Positions 46,985 through 57,384 are shown, counted from the first letter of the stretch. The stretch is DNA of 64,000 nt from Patescibacteria group bacterium (GCA_038064875.1 JBBTSC010000001.1:55369-119368); one strand, 5' to 3'. The notes: generated by a model not told the origin, from the letters alone. Translations and numbers: made by a program.

Positions 46985-48496
46985 TTAATTCCTATTTAGT
47001 CGATGGTTTTTTATCCAGCCATGACTGCCTCTAATTATAGACTGGTCATCTGTATTTTGACTAGCAACCTCACTATATCTGTGAAGGGTAAAAGTAAATT
47101 CACTACCAGAGCCATCTTTACTCCTTGCTGAGATCACCCCGCCATGTGCGTTGACAATAGCTCTACAGATATAGAGACCAAGTCCCGTTCCTGCGACGCG
47201 AACTTTGTTGCGATGGTTTCGTGAAAACTTTTCAAATATGTGTGGCATGACAGACTCTGGTATTCCTTCACCATGATCCTTGACGGTGGTTTCGATAAAT
47301 CCTTCGCTATTGAGCTTCGTAGAGATATCAATATCTGCTGTTGTTTTGCTACTGTATTTGATTGCGTTATCAATGAGGTTGACTAAGACTTCAGTTATTG
47401 TTGTAGGGTCTGCGCCAACTGATGGTAAATTATCTGGGATCTCCAGATTTATTTTTTTATCAAAAACTTCTGCTCTGGTTTTTGTCTGTACGACGACTCT
47501 TTGGAGGAGTTCAGACCAGTTGGTTTCGCTGAGGGTAAGCTTTAGCTCTTGCTTATCAAATCGAGCTACATGCAGTATATTGCTGACAAAAAATGACAGA
47601 CTATCAACGGAAGCGCGCATTCTTTTTACATAGTCTCTGAGTTCGTTGTTGTCGCCTGTTTCTTGCTCCATAACTTCTGCGTAACCGCGAAGAATTGTTA
47701 GCGGTGTTCTGAGTTCGTGGACTGCAAGAGCGATGAAGCTAAAGGCATCTTCTTCTGCAGAATATTTGTCGAGTTGATCAAAGAAGCAAAGCAATGTGTC
47801 TGTTCCGGCGGAGCTGTGCTTGCTATAGCTGGCAGAAAGGTCATAGTAGTGATAGTCCTCGCTATTCTTGCTGGCAAGACCCACACGCGACCAAGATTTG
47901 CTGTCAGTGACTTGGTTGGCTCCACTTGTCTTTAGCCACTCAACGATATCGTTACCAGCTTCGTCTAAATTAAATACTTCGTTAAATTTTTTGCCGACAA
48001 CTGTGTCAGCTATGTTCGCAAGTTGGCTAGCGTGAGCGTTAGATAACTTTATGTTTCCTTCCTGGTCGATACCGATAATAGGCATTTTTATAAGATCTAG
48101 TATTGGCTCGGTGGTGTTTTTTGCAACTTCTGACTTAGTATGGGTTCCTGATAAATCATATATTTGCCTCACGACAGTACTGGTAAGTTCCCTGCCCAGG
48201 TGTATCTTATCTAGGTTGGGAGCGGACGCAGACTTATTTTTGGGGTCTACATGATAGACAGCACTGGCTATAAAAGATAAGGGTTTGGTGATGGTTTTAT
48301 TGAGTAACACACTTATAACAAGGCTGAAAATAGTCATAACGGTTACAAAGACGCCTAGCCTGACTAGAAAGCTAAATTCAGTGTATTTCTCTAGCCCAAG
48401 CCACGCCAGTATAGCGACGCCTGCGATTAACAGCAGTGAGAATAAAATAATGCTTTGCGTTTTATCAATAAATTGCTGTAAATTACTTTTGCTCAT
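46985..48496 (-). CDS. Sensor histidine kinase (2 TM, PAS, HisKA, HATPase_c)
   Basis: H-box ALAVHELRTPLTILRGY. G-box GTGLGLYICRAIV. Confidence 0.85.
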   Translation of the reverse strand: MSKSNLQQFIDKTQSIILFSLLLIAGVAILAWLGLEKYTEFSFLVRLGVFVTVMTIFSLVISVLLNKTITKPLSFIASAVYHVDPKNKSASAPNLDKIHLGRELTSTVVRQIYDLSGTHTKSEVAKNTTEPILDLIKMPIIGIDQEGNIKLSNAHASQLANIADTVVGKKFNEVFNLDEAGNDIVEWLKTSGANQVTDSKSWSRVGLASKNSEDYHYYDLSASYSKHSSAGTDTLLCFFDQLDKYSAEEDAFSFIALAVHELRTPLTILRGYAEVMEQETGDNNELRDYVKRMRASVDSLSFFVSNILHVARFDKQELKLTLSETNWSELLQRVVVQTKTRAEVFDKKINLEIPDNLPSVGADPTTITEVLVNLIDNAIKYSSKTTADIDISTKLNSEGFIETTVKDHGEGIPESVMPHIFEKFSRNHRNKVRVAGTGLGLYICRAIVNAHGGVISARSKDGSGSEFTFTLHRYSEVASQNTDDQSIIRGSHGWIKNHRLNRN

Positions 48497-48508
48497 TGAT
48501 GTTTATTC

Positions 48509-49657
48509 TCAGGGAGTTACTTTTACCGAGCCGATACTATCAACTAAGGTGACCCAAGTCTGCCCTGGGTTTAGTGTGATCGGTTTGCCGGCTGCGTCGG
48601 TAAATGTGTACTGTGATTTTGTATCAGGTTTGGACCACTGGCCTTGGGTAACTATGCCGTCTTGGAATACAAAGAGCGCACCGATACCCGTGGTGCGATA
48701 CTGCGAATAAATTCCTTGTGTTTTATAGTCCGTGGCGATAACGACTACAACTTTGGGGTTGAGCTGTGCGCCACTTCTGTGATCTGTGTGAGGTTTGCCA
48801 GCTTGTGAGCGTAGATATGAGTTACTGGCTTGGTTGTAATCAAAATGAGGGTTATACAAGAATCCAGACAGGTTGAGGTCAATTGCCTTAGCACTAGGGG
48901 TTGGGTTGGGTGTTTCTTTATCTTTCCTAGCAAATCCTTTTGCATTGCTGGTGTTGTAGCCTCTTGACGTGGCTGCCTGATTCAGAGCAGCGATTGATGT
49001 GTATAAGTTGTGTGGAGCATAGCGATCACTAACTCTAGTAAATGCACCGCCGTTAGCGCCGTGGTCAAGGTCTTTCAAGCCAACGTTTCTCAAATGTGCC
49101 AGTCCGTCTGCGCTACCACCTGCGTGTACAAAAATTGGGTCAAGCGGTGCTACAAATTCAACATAGTATGGCCTAACAGATCTGACTGGCCCAATATAAT
49201 CAGGCTGAGTCTCTAGAAAAGACGCATTGAATCGAGTTATCCCACCTTCGGCGATAGCTTCGTAGACGATGCCTGCGTCTTTTAGCCCTGCTTGTGGTCG
49301 AGCATCTGGGCTATTTTCTATCTGTATAGATATGACAGGTCTTTTATTGATATCCGGCGCGACTTGAACTCCCGTTAATTTAGAGGCTTCTGTGCTTGGC
49401 TTTGGTGCCTCAGGAGCTTTAGCTACTGGTGCTGGGCTAGCAGACTGTTTTGGCTTGTCGCTCTTGATAAGAAAGAACCAAATTAAAGCAAAAGCAACAA
49501 TTACCCCAAGTATCAGAGATAGTATTATAATCTTCTTTTTCTTTGGATCATCTGGGAGGAATTTGATTTTATTTTTTGGTGGGGTCTTTTGCCCAGGTAA
49601 TATTCTGGGCGCTATATCTTCTTGGTCTGAGCGAGTGTTAAAAACGTCTTTATCCAT
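48509..49657 (-). CDS. DUF3048 (YerB-like) membrane-anchored protein
   Basis: N-terminal TM helix. PDARPQAGLKDAGIVYEAIAEGGITRF pattern of DUF3048. Confidence 0.6.
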   Translation of the reverse strand: MDKDVFNTRSDQEDIAPRILPGQKTPPKNKIKFLPDDPKKKKIIILSLILGVIVAFALIWFFLIKSDKPKQSASPAPVAKAPEAPKPSTEASKLTGVQVAPDINKRPVISIQIENSPDARPQAGLKDAGIVYEAIAEGGITRFNASFLETQPDYIGPVRSVRPYYVEFVAPLDPIFVHAGGSADGLAHLRNVGLKDLDHGANGGAFTRVSDRYAPHNLYTSIAALNQAATSRGYNTSNAKGFARKDKETPNPTPSAKAIDLNLSGFLYNPHFDYNQASNSYLRSQAGKPHTDHRSGAQLNPKVVVVIATDYKTQGIYSQYRTTGIGALFVFQDGIVTQGQWSKPDTKSQYTFTDAAGKPITLNPGQTWVTLVDSIGSVKVTP

Positions 49658-49720
49658 ATTTATTTTACCGTAAGGTTATCTTGAGCTAATTTTATCATAA
49701 GCTTTTTAAGAAGTAAATGG

Positions 49721-51124
49721 CTAGAGAGCTTGGAGTTGCTGGTCTATTCTAGCTAGAACTTTTTCTTTGCCTAGGACGTGGAGTGAGCCTGTGAGTTCTG
49801 GGCTGGCAGGAGATTGGGTGGTGGCTATACGGATTAGGCTAAATAGCACAGCTGGTTTTTCACTTGTTGATTCTAGTAATTTGTTCAGTCTTTCTTTGAG
49901 GTCTTCAACTGAGAAATCACTCTGTTCTAGACTGTCTCTTGCTTTTTCCAGGAGCTCTTTTAGCTGAGGTGCTTCGTATTTTTTAAGCTGTTTGTGGCCA
50001 CTAATTAATCCTGGATTAACTGGTAGGTCTGCAAAGAAAAATCTTGTCAGTTCTGGAAGTTCTGCAAAATACTTAAGCCGTTCTTGAACTAGGGCAAGAA
50101 CTTCTTTTCTGTAGCTTTCGTCTGTCTTTTTCGCCTCTTCTGGCCAAAATATAGTCACTTTTTCATAGAGATCATTAAGCGATAAGTTACGGATGTGGGC
50201 ACCATTGATCCAGAGCAGACGACGTTCGTCGAACTGCGCCCCGCTTTTTTGAATTCTGCTAAGATCAAATTTTTTGATCAGCTCATTTACAGTAAATACT
50301 TCTTGCTCTGTTCCATCGTTCCAGCCTAATGTGGCTAGAAAGTTGATCATTGACTCTGGTAAATAACCTTCATCTCGGTAATCAAGGATATCTTTTGCCC
50401 CATCTCTCTTGCTGAGTTTTTTGTTACCCTGCTCGCTCATGATGTGTGGCATGGTCGCCATGACTGGTGGTTTAATCTCTAAAGCCTCGTATAGGTTTAG
50501 GTATTTAGGCACGCTGGCCAAGAATTCTTGACCACGTATTACATGGGTAACTTTCATCTCATGATCGTCGATAATATGGCAGAAGTTGTATGTTGGGAAT
50601 CCGTCAGATTTAAGTAGAATGAAGTCGTCAATTACTTCCTCGCCACTGTGGAGGTCGCCCATTACTTCGTCGTGCCAGCTATGTTCTTTTGGGTTTGATT
50701 TGAATCTGAGTGGTTTTGAGCCATCCCATACAGGCGGATTCTCTGGGCGGTGATTTCGATACAAAAATGGTTTCTTCTCTTTTTTAGCTTCTTCTCTGAA
50801 TTCTTGAACTTGCTCGGGTGTATATGGATCAGCATATGCTCTACCAGAATCTATCAGTTGCTGAGCATATTTCTTATATGTATCGAGACGTTTGCTTTGA
50901 AAGTACGGTCCTTCGTCCCAGTTGAGACCCAGCCACTTTAGGCTCTCCTGAATATGATCAACACTTCCCTGCACTTCGCGGGCTTGGTCTGTATCTTCTA
51001 TGCGTAGAATAAATGTACCGCCTGCTTGTCTGGCGATAAGCCATGCAAAAAGAGCTGTTCGGATGCCTCCAACATGCAAAAACCCTGTAGGGCTCGGCGC
51101 AAATCTAGTTCTTACATCACTCAT
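49721..51124 (-). CDS. gltX: Glutamyl-tRNA synthetase
   Basis: HIGH region PSPTGFLHVGGIRTALF. KMSKS as KLSKR. Confidence 0.93.
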   Translation of the reverse strand: MSDVRTRFAPSPTGFLHVGGIRTALFAWLIARQAGGTFILRIEDTDQAREVQGSVDHIQESLKWLGLNWDEGPYFQSKRLDTYKKYAQQLIDSGRAYADPYTPEQVQEFREEAKKEKKPFLYRNHRPENPPVWDGSKPLRFKSNPKEHSWHDEVMGDLHSGEEVIDDFILLKSDGFPTYNFCHIIDDHEMKVTHVIRGQEFLASVPKYLNLYEALEIKPPVMATMPHIMSEQGNKKLSKRDGAKDILDYRDEGYLPESMINFLATLGWNDGTEQEVFTVNELIKKFDLSRIQKSGAQFDERRLLWINGAHIRNLSLNDLYEKVTIFWPEEAKKTDESYRKEVLALVQERLKYFAELPELTRFFFADLPVNPGLISGHKQLKKYEAPQLKELLEKARDSLEQSDFSVEDLKERLNKLLESTSEKPAVLFSLIRIATTQSPASPELTGSLHVLGKEKVLARIDQQLQAL

Positions 51125-51177
51125 TAACGATAATTATAACAGATAGAACGGACGGTTTGTCGAATTGTCGAGATCTT

Positions 51178-53259
51178 TTAATTATCTTCCGGAGAGTCTT
51201 TTTGGGGGTATGTATCTTTTATTGTCTGCTCAGCTTGTTTCCGGTATTCTCTAGGGAGAGAATCGACTACTTCTTTGAGGTAGCTTTTGCCCGCTCTTTT
51301 TTCGTTCACTAAACTTACTATTGTCTCAACGATATTCTTATAAGCATCATGTGCATCATGTGCTGGTTGTTTGAGGCTCATTGTCGCCGCAGATAGCATA
51401 TGATCGGCTAGACCAATTGCGAATCCAAGTAGCGCCTTTTGGGCTGGGTATGCTGGGTATTTCCCGATAAGTGCAGTTGCTTGCTCCACACTTCTAGGGT
51501 TTGGAGTCTTTTCGCTACCAAGTATTTTGAATACAAGCTTGAGGCTATCGTAGTCACTAGCAACTAGGTCTACAACAGAACTCGCTAGTCTGCCCTTAAA
51601 TTCTTGGTCTCTAGGTAGATTATCGATATCCATATCTGCTAGTCTTTCGCCGATAAGTCGATCTTTATTTGGTGTTCCTTTTGGCAGAAATTCCTTCATA
51701 TCACGAGCAACTTCTATGATTTTACTAAGACTGGATTGTTGCTTTGGTATAGATTTTGCAGCCTGGATAGCTAAGTCATAAATCTCTAGTGCTTTTTCAG
51801 GAGATTCGGTGTTATTAGCCAGAGTGCGGGCACGATCAGATATGTTCGCATAACTAATGTTTAGCTGGGTTTCCGTGTTCCAATGTCTCCCCATACTACC
51901 TAAGGCTTGGGTGGCATCGCGCAAACAAGTAAGTGCAATAACTTCACCTTCGTCTCCAGGTAAATGATCTTCAGCTATATGAGAGATATTAATTAAGAAG
52001 TCCGCCTTCCTAGATTTTAAGTCTGTACTTTGCGTTCTTGTGCTGTCTTCATATTCGGTGTTCATGTGTTTTGCTAAACTCCAAGCGTTAGTGATGATCG
52101 CCTTCTTCCGGACAACAGCTAGATCTTTCTCAACCAGGTTCTTTAGAGTTGTTAGAGTATCTCTTGTATCAGTTGAATTACCAACTTCGGTGATAATCTT
52201 AGTTGCTTGGTTGACGAGCTTACTAACAAGACCATTTCCGTCGTTTTCTTTTGGTAGTAATGTAGCCGAATCAGCTATCTTTAGTAGTAGTGTTGCCTTA
52301 TCGGCCGTATCAGCCATGTCTTTCGTAAGATGAAATGCATCGTAGAGAGTTCTCTGCAGGAATTCTCTGGTTTTATCACTAGGTTCGTTGATCTCTTGTG
52401 TGCCATCTATCATGTCTGACAGAGCTTCAAAAGCAATAGTGGTTGATTCTTTGATCTCTGGGTGCTTAGCAATATCTCTTGCTAATTTCCCAGTGATACC
52501 TAGCATATCCAAAATTTCTTTTTCTGATCTGCCTTTTGCACTTTCGGATTTTACGGAGCTATGTATGTCTCTGAACATTTCTCTTATAGCTTCTAATTTT
52601 TCTTCAGGATCACTTATCTGTAGACATGCTTGTTGCGCGTCTTCAAGAGTTGACTGTATCCTTGAAGGCTTATTAGGGCTGTCATCAGTTATCTCGAAAT
52701 GCACGCAAGCTAAGTCAGTTAGTCCTTCCGCTTTCAATTTAGGGTCTTTTATATCGTTCGCGATATCTATAGTTTGCCCTAGTATCGGTAATGCCTGCAT
52801 GGTAGAAAATTCCTCTGGAAGGTCGTTATGAAAACTGTCTAAAGTTTCTATAATGGCACGTACTTTTGAAGTTTTGTCAGTAATAGCCATAGCAGACTTT
52901 AGTGCTAGTCTTTTAGCTATCCCAATATTTTCTGGAATGTGAGTTTTGATGGCACTGAGATTTTCAACAATAGATATGTTAATACGCCAGAAATAATCAT
53001 CATAATTATCAGTTTGTTCGTCACCTTTTTGTTCTTCTGGTAAGTGGGCTCGGAGCTCTACTGCTTCACCAAAAGCACTGTCTAGCTTAGATAGAAGGTC
53101 GTTTGTGTCCTGCCAAGTTTGCATGCTTGGTTCAAGAGCACCCATTTCATCGAACACTACACCCGCTGCTCTAACTATAGCGCCATTACCAAATAGAAGT
53201 CTGGCTTTGATATCAAAGTCAGGATTTTCAGGACTAGTAAGCGTGGCACTACCTTCCAT
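51178..53259 (-). CDS. Large acidic alpha-helical hypothetical protein (693 aa)
   Basis: Long ORF upstream of gltX on the same strand. No TM helices. No recognisable motifs. Confidence 0.4.
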   Translation of the reverse strand: MEGSATLTSPENPDFDIKARLLFGNGAIVRAAGVVFDEMGALEPSMQTWQDTNDLLSKLDSAFGEAVELRAHLPEEQKGDEQTDNYDDYFWRINISIVENLSAIKTHIPENIGIAKRLALKSAMAITDKTSKVRAIIETLDSFHNDLPEEFSTMQALPILGQTIDIANDIKDPKLKAEGLTDLACVHFEITDDSPNKPSRIQSTLEDAQQACLQISDPEEKLEAIREMFRDIHSSVKSESAKGRSEKEILDMLGITGKLARDIAKHPEIKESTTIAFEALSDMIDGTQEINEPSDKTREFLQRTLYDAFHLTKDMADTADKATLLLKIADSATLLPKENDGNGLVSKLVNQATKIITEVGNSTDTRDTLTTLKNLVEKDLAVVRKKAIITNAWSLAKHMNTEYEDSTRTQSTDLKSRKADFLINISHIAEDHLPGDEGEVIALTCLRDATQALGSMGRHWNTETQLNISYANISDRARTLANNTESPEKALEIYDLAIQAAKSIPKQQSSLSKIIEVARDMKEFLPKGTPNKDRLIGERLADMDIDNLPRDQEFKGRLASSVVDLVASDYDSLKLVFKILGSEKTPNPRSVEQATALIGKYPAYPAQKALLGFAIGLADHMLSAATMSLKQPAHDAHDAYKNIVETIVSLVNEKRAGKSYLKEVVDSLPREYRKQAEQTIKDTYPQKDSPEDN

Positions 53260-53319
53260 AATTAGCTATAGTATTGCACAAAAATATAAAATCGTCAACT
53301 AGATGTCTTGACTAAATTT

Positions 53320-54372
53320 CTATAGGCTTTCGGCGATTTTGAGGAGTTGATCAGCGCCAAGGCTGGTCCCGCCTTCGATACTGTAGAGGATTCCTCCGTC
53401 TACCCAGACAGCGCTATTATTCTCGTAGACATACACGGTCTTGCCGTTTTGTTGGTATGTCTGGAAAGGCTTTGATGATGCGAGCACTTGGTTATTGAGT
53501 AATGACTGGCTGGACCAATTGCTGGCTTGCTGAGTTAGCTTGTAGTTAGAATCATTTGAATTTGATTTGTAGGTTAGGGTTACTTTGCCTGGTTCAGCCT
53601 TGATCGGTCCGGCTATACCAAAACCTGTCGGTTGGTAAGCTGGCAAACTGGCAGGAATACTAGCCTGCAAACTGGCCATTTTGACTTTCACAGCAGGTAC
53701 TGCCTGATAGACGCCAATAACGAATGCTGACAACAAGACGACACTTGTCAGAGAAGTTCTTGCTCTCGATCCAAAAGGATGGAAAATCTTCTTGATGCGA
53801 CTGGCTGGTGATTCGATTGCTTGAAGCTCGTGGATATGGCTAGAAGCGTCTTTGATAGCTTCTTCGAATGGATCAACGACACGGGCTTTAAACTTGTCTT
53901 CGAGCTCTTGTATGGTCAGTGGAGGCGCACTGTGTATGTGGTCTTCAGGTTTTTTCACTGTGACATTGGCGTGGACTTTCTTTACAGGAGGGGTTTCGGC
54001 GCTTGTCGAGTGTTTGTGAAATTTCTTTATCATCTCACTTCTACCAGTAGCATGGCCTGATTTTGCTATAAATTCACCTGGTTTTGCTTTGTGTGTGCTT
54101 GTGACATGCTGAGTTGATGGCTTACCAATGCTTCGAATTAAAGTATTTGACCTTTCGGGACGACGTGCTGTGTGGTTGATTTTAGCCTTACTAACTCGAT
54201 GTTGGTGAGATATGGTGTTGGTGGTGTTCACTGCTTTGCCGACAAAGCCGTCAATTTTATCTCCGCTTTGGACTTCAATCTTTACAGGACGCGGATTACT
54301 GCCCAAGACCTGACCACTTTTCATGTTATAAATTTTACCGTTGATCTCTACCGTTGATCGTGCGTCACTCAT
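53320..54372 (-). CDS. Membrane-anchored hypothetical protein (His/Lys-rich cytoplasmic N-terminus, one TM, extracytoplasmic C-terminal domain)
   Basis: TM helix SLTSVVLLSAFVIGVYQAV. No family recognised. Confidence 0.4.
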   Translation of the reverse strand: MSDARSTVEINGKIYNMKSGQVLGSNPRPVKIEVQSGDKIDGFVGKAVNTTNTISHQHRVSKAKINHTARRPERSNTLIRSIGKPSTQHVTSTHKAKPGEFIAKSGHATGRSEMIKKFHKHSTSAETPPVKKVHANVTVKKPEDHIHSAPPLTIQELEDKFKARVVDPFEEAIKDASSHIHELQAIESPASRIKKIFHPFGSRARTSLTSVVLLSAFVIGVYQAVPAVKVKMASLQASIPASLPAYQPTGFGIAGPIKAEPGKVTLTYKSNSNDSNYKLTQQASNWSSQSLLNNQVLASSKPFQTYQQNGKTVYVYENNSAVWVDGGILYSIEGGTSLGADQLLKIAESL

Positions 54373-54478
54373 TTTTTATTTTTCTTTCAAATATTTTAGA
54401 TACTCTTATCATATAATTTTGCTAAGGTCCATGTCAAACTCTTTTAAGCACCTTATTATTATCTGAAATCCTTGAAAT

Positions 54479-56020
54479 ATGCCGAAAAGTGCGAAAGCCT
54501 TATGTGGTAAGATAACAGTTATGGAATTTCTCGATCCGGAATATAAAAGACGCCACAATATAATACTTGTCTTGGGTCAAGGGCTCGTCGGGATTGCGGT
54601 TGTTACGGCCGCCTTGCTACTAGTCCTCAAGGCATATGGTTTTGACTTAGACCGTAAAACAGGTGAAGTTATTCAAAGTGGCCTCGTATACGTTGACAGT
54701 GCTCCAGACAAGGCGAATATTCGAATAAATGGCAATATTCACTCAGATAAGACAAACACTCGGTTTACTTTGCCAAGCGGTAGCTATAACCTACAGCTTG
54801 AGAAAGAAAATTACAGAACTTGGCAGAGACAATTTGACTTAGAAGGTAGTGCTGTTGAGCGATTTACCTACCCAATGCTGATACCAAAAGATCTAAAGCC
54901 AGCAGTTGTGGATTCAAGTACCACTATGAACTTTCTGTTCAGCCAAAGTCCGGATCGTAAATGGCTCGTTGTGAGTGAGAATTCAGAGCTCACTTCCCTA
55001 AAAGACTATAATTTAACTGATTTGACGGAAAATAAGTTACCAAAATCTCGTTCTTTTGCTCTTCCTGCTGGAATATTCGAAAAAGCTACATCAACTAACC
55101 AATTTGAGGTGATAGAATGGTCCAACAATAATGCCAACTTCTTAGTAAAACATACCTTTGACGGTAAGATAGAATACGCTCTTTTAAATAGAGACGAACC
55201 CGCCAAATCCTTTAACCTTAAAACTGTCGGTACTATTGACGGCGAAGTCAGCCTGCTTGATAAAAGTGCGGATAAATTACTGGTATTTAACAAGACTTCC
55301 GGCGTGCTGAACCTCATAAATGTCAAAGATAAAAAGACTACTCAACTTCTAACCGGAGTATTGAGCTTTAAGTCCCACGGTGACGATAAGATATTGTTCA
55401 CCCGGGTTAGTCCGAGCGATAAGACCAAAGCCAGAGTTGCTCTGCTGGACAACAATAAGTCGTACGATGTTCGTGAAATACCTATTAGCAGTAATCTTCC
55501 TGTAGATATCGCGACATTTCATAGCAAGTGGTACTTGATTATTGGGTCAGAAAAAGAGAGCAAAACATATATATACGAAGACTTTGTTGATAAATTCAAG
55601 AACGATCCACTCAAGACAGTTAGCCCTATTCGAGTTACAAAAAATAATATTACAACTCCTCTAAAAATATCTTTTTCTAAAAATACGCGCTTTATATCTT
55701 CTTTTAGTGGTAGTGAAATATCAATTTATGACATTGAGGACAAGAGAAGCTATCGTTATGATTTAAAGGTTCAATTGCCTGAGGCTGAGTCCCCTGTCTG
55801 GATGGACGGACACAGGGTTATTTTGTCTGGCACAGGCCAGGCTGTAGTTCTCGACTTCGATGGATCAAATAAGCAGACGCTAACTCCAATTCCTAGCAAC
55901 AAGAACATATTTTTTGATAGAGATTATGAGCGGTATTATACTGTGACTTCAAATCAGTTAGAGCCTACGAAAATTGATCTCAAATCAATACCGCTCCGCG
56001 CCGGCGATGACCTTAGATAA
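54479..56020 (+). CDS. PEGA-domain membrane-anchored surface protein
   Basis: N-terminal TM helix. PEGA-like LVYVDSAPDKANIRINGNIHSDKTNTRFTLPSGSYNLQLEKENYRTW. Confidence 0.6.
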   Translation: MPKSAKALCGKITVMEFLDPEYKRRHNIILVLGQGLVGIAVVTAALLLVLKAYGFDLDRKTGEVIQSGLVYVDSAPDKANIRINGNIHSDKTNTRFTLPSGSYNLQLEKENYRTWQRQFDLEGSAVERFTYPMLIPKDLKPAVVDSSTTMNFLFSQSPDRKWLVVSENSELTSLKDYNLTDLTENKLPKSRSFALPAGIFEKATSTNQFEVIEWSNNNANFLVKHTFDGKIEYALLNRDEPAKSFNLKTVGTIDGEVSLLDKSADKLLVFNKTSGVLNLINVKDKKTTQLLTGVLSFKSHGDDKILFTRVSPSDKTKARVALLDNNKSYDVREIPISSNLPVDIATFHSKWYLIIGSEKESKTYIYEDFVDKFKNDPLKTVSPIRVTKNNITTPLKISFSKNTRFISSFSGSEISIYDIEDKRSYRYDLKVQLPEAESPVWMDGHRVILSGTGQAVVLDFDGSNKQTLTPIPSNKNIFFDRDYERYYTVTSNQLEPTKIDLKSIPLRAGDDLR

Positions 56021-56023
56021 ATA

Positions 56024-57226
56024 CTAGAACCAGTCTTTGATTCTTTGCCATAGGCTCGGGCTATTGCTCGGTAGGACCTTTGGCTCCCCTGTTTGGCTAG
56101 ATATACTACTTTCCTTGTTGGTGGCTGGGTCTGGGAAGATTTGCTCGCCGACTATTATGAGACGATTTGTCGACATGCCAGGCGGGTCACAGGTAACTAA
56201 AGTCATAGTAGAAGGTCGGTCTCTTGCTCCTAAAATACCTATGTCTGTCGGTGGTGTTATGTACTTTTGGTAGACCTTGTAGACGTATCGTTTGCCGTCT
56301 TTGTCTACGATGAATGTGTCATCTTTCTCTAAGCTTTTTAACAGTATAAAAGCAAATTTGTATTTTCCGCTATTGAGGATATTTCCACTACTGTGACCAA
56401 AGATAACTGCGTTACCTTTTTCTCCTGGGTTTACGGTTGTCGCGTAGTGCACCACTCCTCTCTCCAGAGCCTTCTGAACAGCTTTTTCTTCTATAGATGG
56501 CTCATCATATACGACAGGCGCCTCAACATTTATTTTTGGAATAATTATCTTGGGTTCTGGTCCAGCCGCGGTACCTGCTCCGTTAGGATTAACTATTATT
56601 GGTGATGCACTGACATTTGTACTTGGTCGTATGAGCGGTGTGATAAATCTTTCGTTAAAGAAGCTGAAGAGTAGTATTAATATGACAAGGCTTCCCATAG
56701 AAAATCCGAATATAAGAGAACGAACGTGATGGTTATTTGTTATTGGTTTGGCTCGAGATTGGACGCGGTTGAGAAGATCTTTTTTAACAGAGACTTGACT
56801 GTTGTTGCCATAAATTCTAGTTGGTTGATGGGCGGGATGCGTAGGTTCTTTCGGATGGTCTGATTCTGCCGGTGTCTGGTGTCTCTCTACTTCGGGCTTT
56901 GGCTTGTTCTTTTGCTGTTCGTGGTGCCGATAGAACTCGTTCCAGACTTGCCTCTTTTGATCATCAGGAAGATCACTGTAGTATTGGTGCCATTTTGTTT
57001 GGATCTCGTGGAGGCTTAGCCCAGACTTTGAGAGTTGATCCATATAGTGCTGATGTTTGGACATCTTGCCACTTGGTAGTGCCTCTACCTCCTTTATTTC
57101 CTCTTTGGCGCTAGGCTCTTTGCCATATAGTTTGTCGAGTTTTTTACGGATTATCTCTGCGGCAAGTTCTGGATTATTTCCGTCCCCGAGTTCGTCGATA
57201 GGTGTTTTTTTTGTTGGGTCATTCAT
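56024..57226 (-). CDS. Sortase-family transpeptidase with extended cytoplasmic N-terminal region
   Basis: TM helix, then sortase fold with the TLVTCDP (TLxTC) active-site motif. Confidence 0.75.
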   Translation of the reverse strand: MNDPTKKTPIDELGDGNNPELAAEIIRKKLDKLYGKEPSAKEEIKEVEALPSGKMSKHQHYMDQLSKSGLSLHEIQTKWHQYYSDLPDDQKRQVWNEFYRHHEQQKNKPKPEVERHQTPAESDHPKEPTHPAHQPTRIYGNNSQVSVKKDLLNRVQSRAKPITNNHHVRSLIFGFSMGSLVILILLFSFFNERFITPLIRPSTNVSASPIIVNPNGAGTAAGPEPKIIIPKINVEAPVVYDEPSIEEKAVQKALERGVVHYATTVNPGEKGNAVIFGHSSGNILNSGKYKFAFILLKSLEKDDTFIVDKDGKRYVYKVYQKYITPPTDIGILGARDRPSTMTLVTCDPPGMSTNRLIIVGEQIFPDPATNKESSISSQTGEPKVLPSNSPSLWQRIKDWF

Positions 57227-57277
57227 AAGCGTTTATCTATGATCATTATATTACATCTGTCATTTTTGACATAGGAT

Positions 57278-57286
57278 TGATATAAT
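57278..57286 (+). promoter_or_regulatory. Putative extended -10 element (TGATATAAT) 13 nt upstream of tRNA-Leu
   Basis: Seen in sequence. An upstream TTGACA at 57266 is too close (9 nt) to act as the paired -35. Confidence 0.35.
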
Positions 57287-57299
57287 TATATCGAGTTTA

Positions 57300-57384
57300 G
57301 CCGGAGTGGCGGAATTGGTATACGCGTGCGACTCAAAATCGCATTCCTTCGGGATTGAGGGTTCGAGTCCCTCCTCCGGCACCA
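57300..57384 (+). tRNA. tRNA-Leu (anticodon CAA), long variable arm, CCA encoded
   Basis: Acceptor GCCGGAG/CTCCGGC. Anticodon stem TGCGA/TCGCA with loop CTCAAAA. T-arm AGGGTTCGAGTCCCT. 85 nt. Confidence 0.9.

Noticed and set aside
57266-57271. TTGACA as -35 for the tRNA-Leu promoter
   Set aside because: It lies only 9 nt from the TATAAT, too close for a sigma-70 -35/-10 pair. The extended -10 TGATATAAT is the more plausible element.
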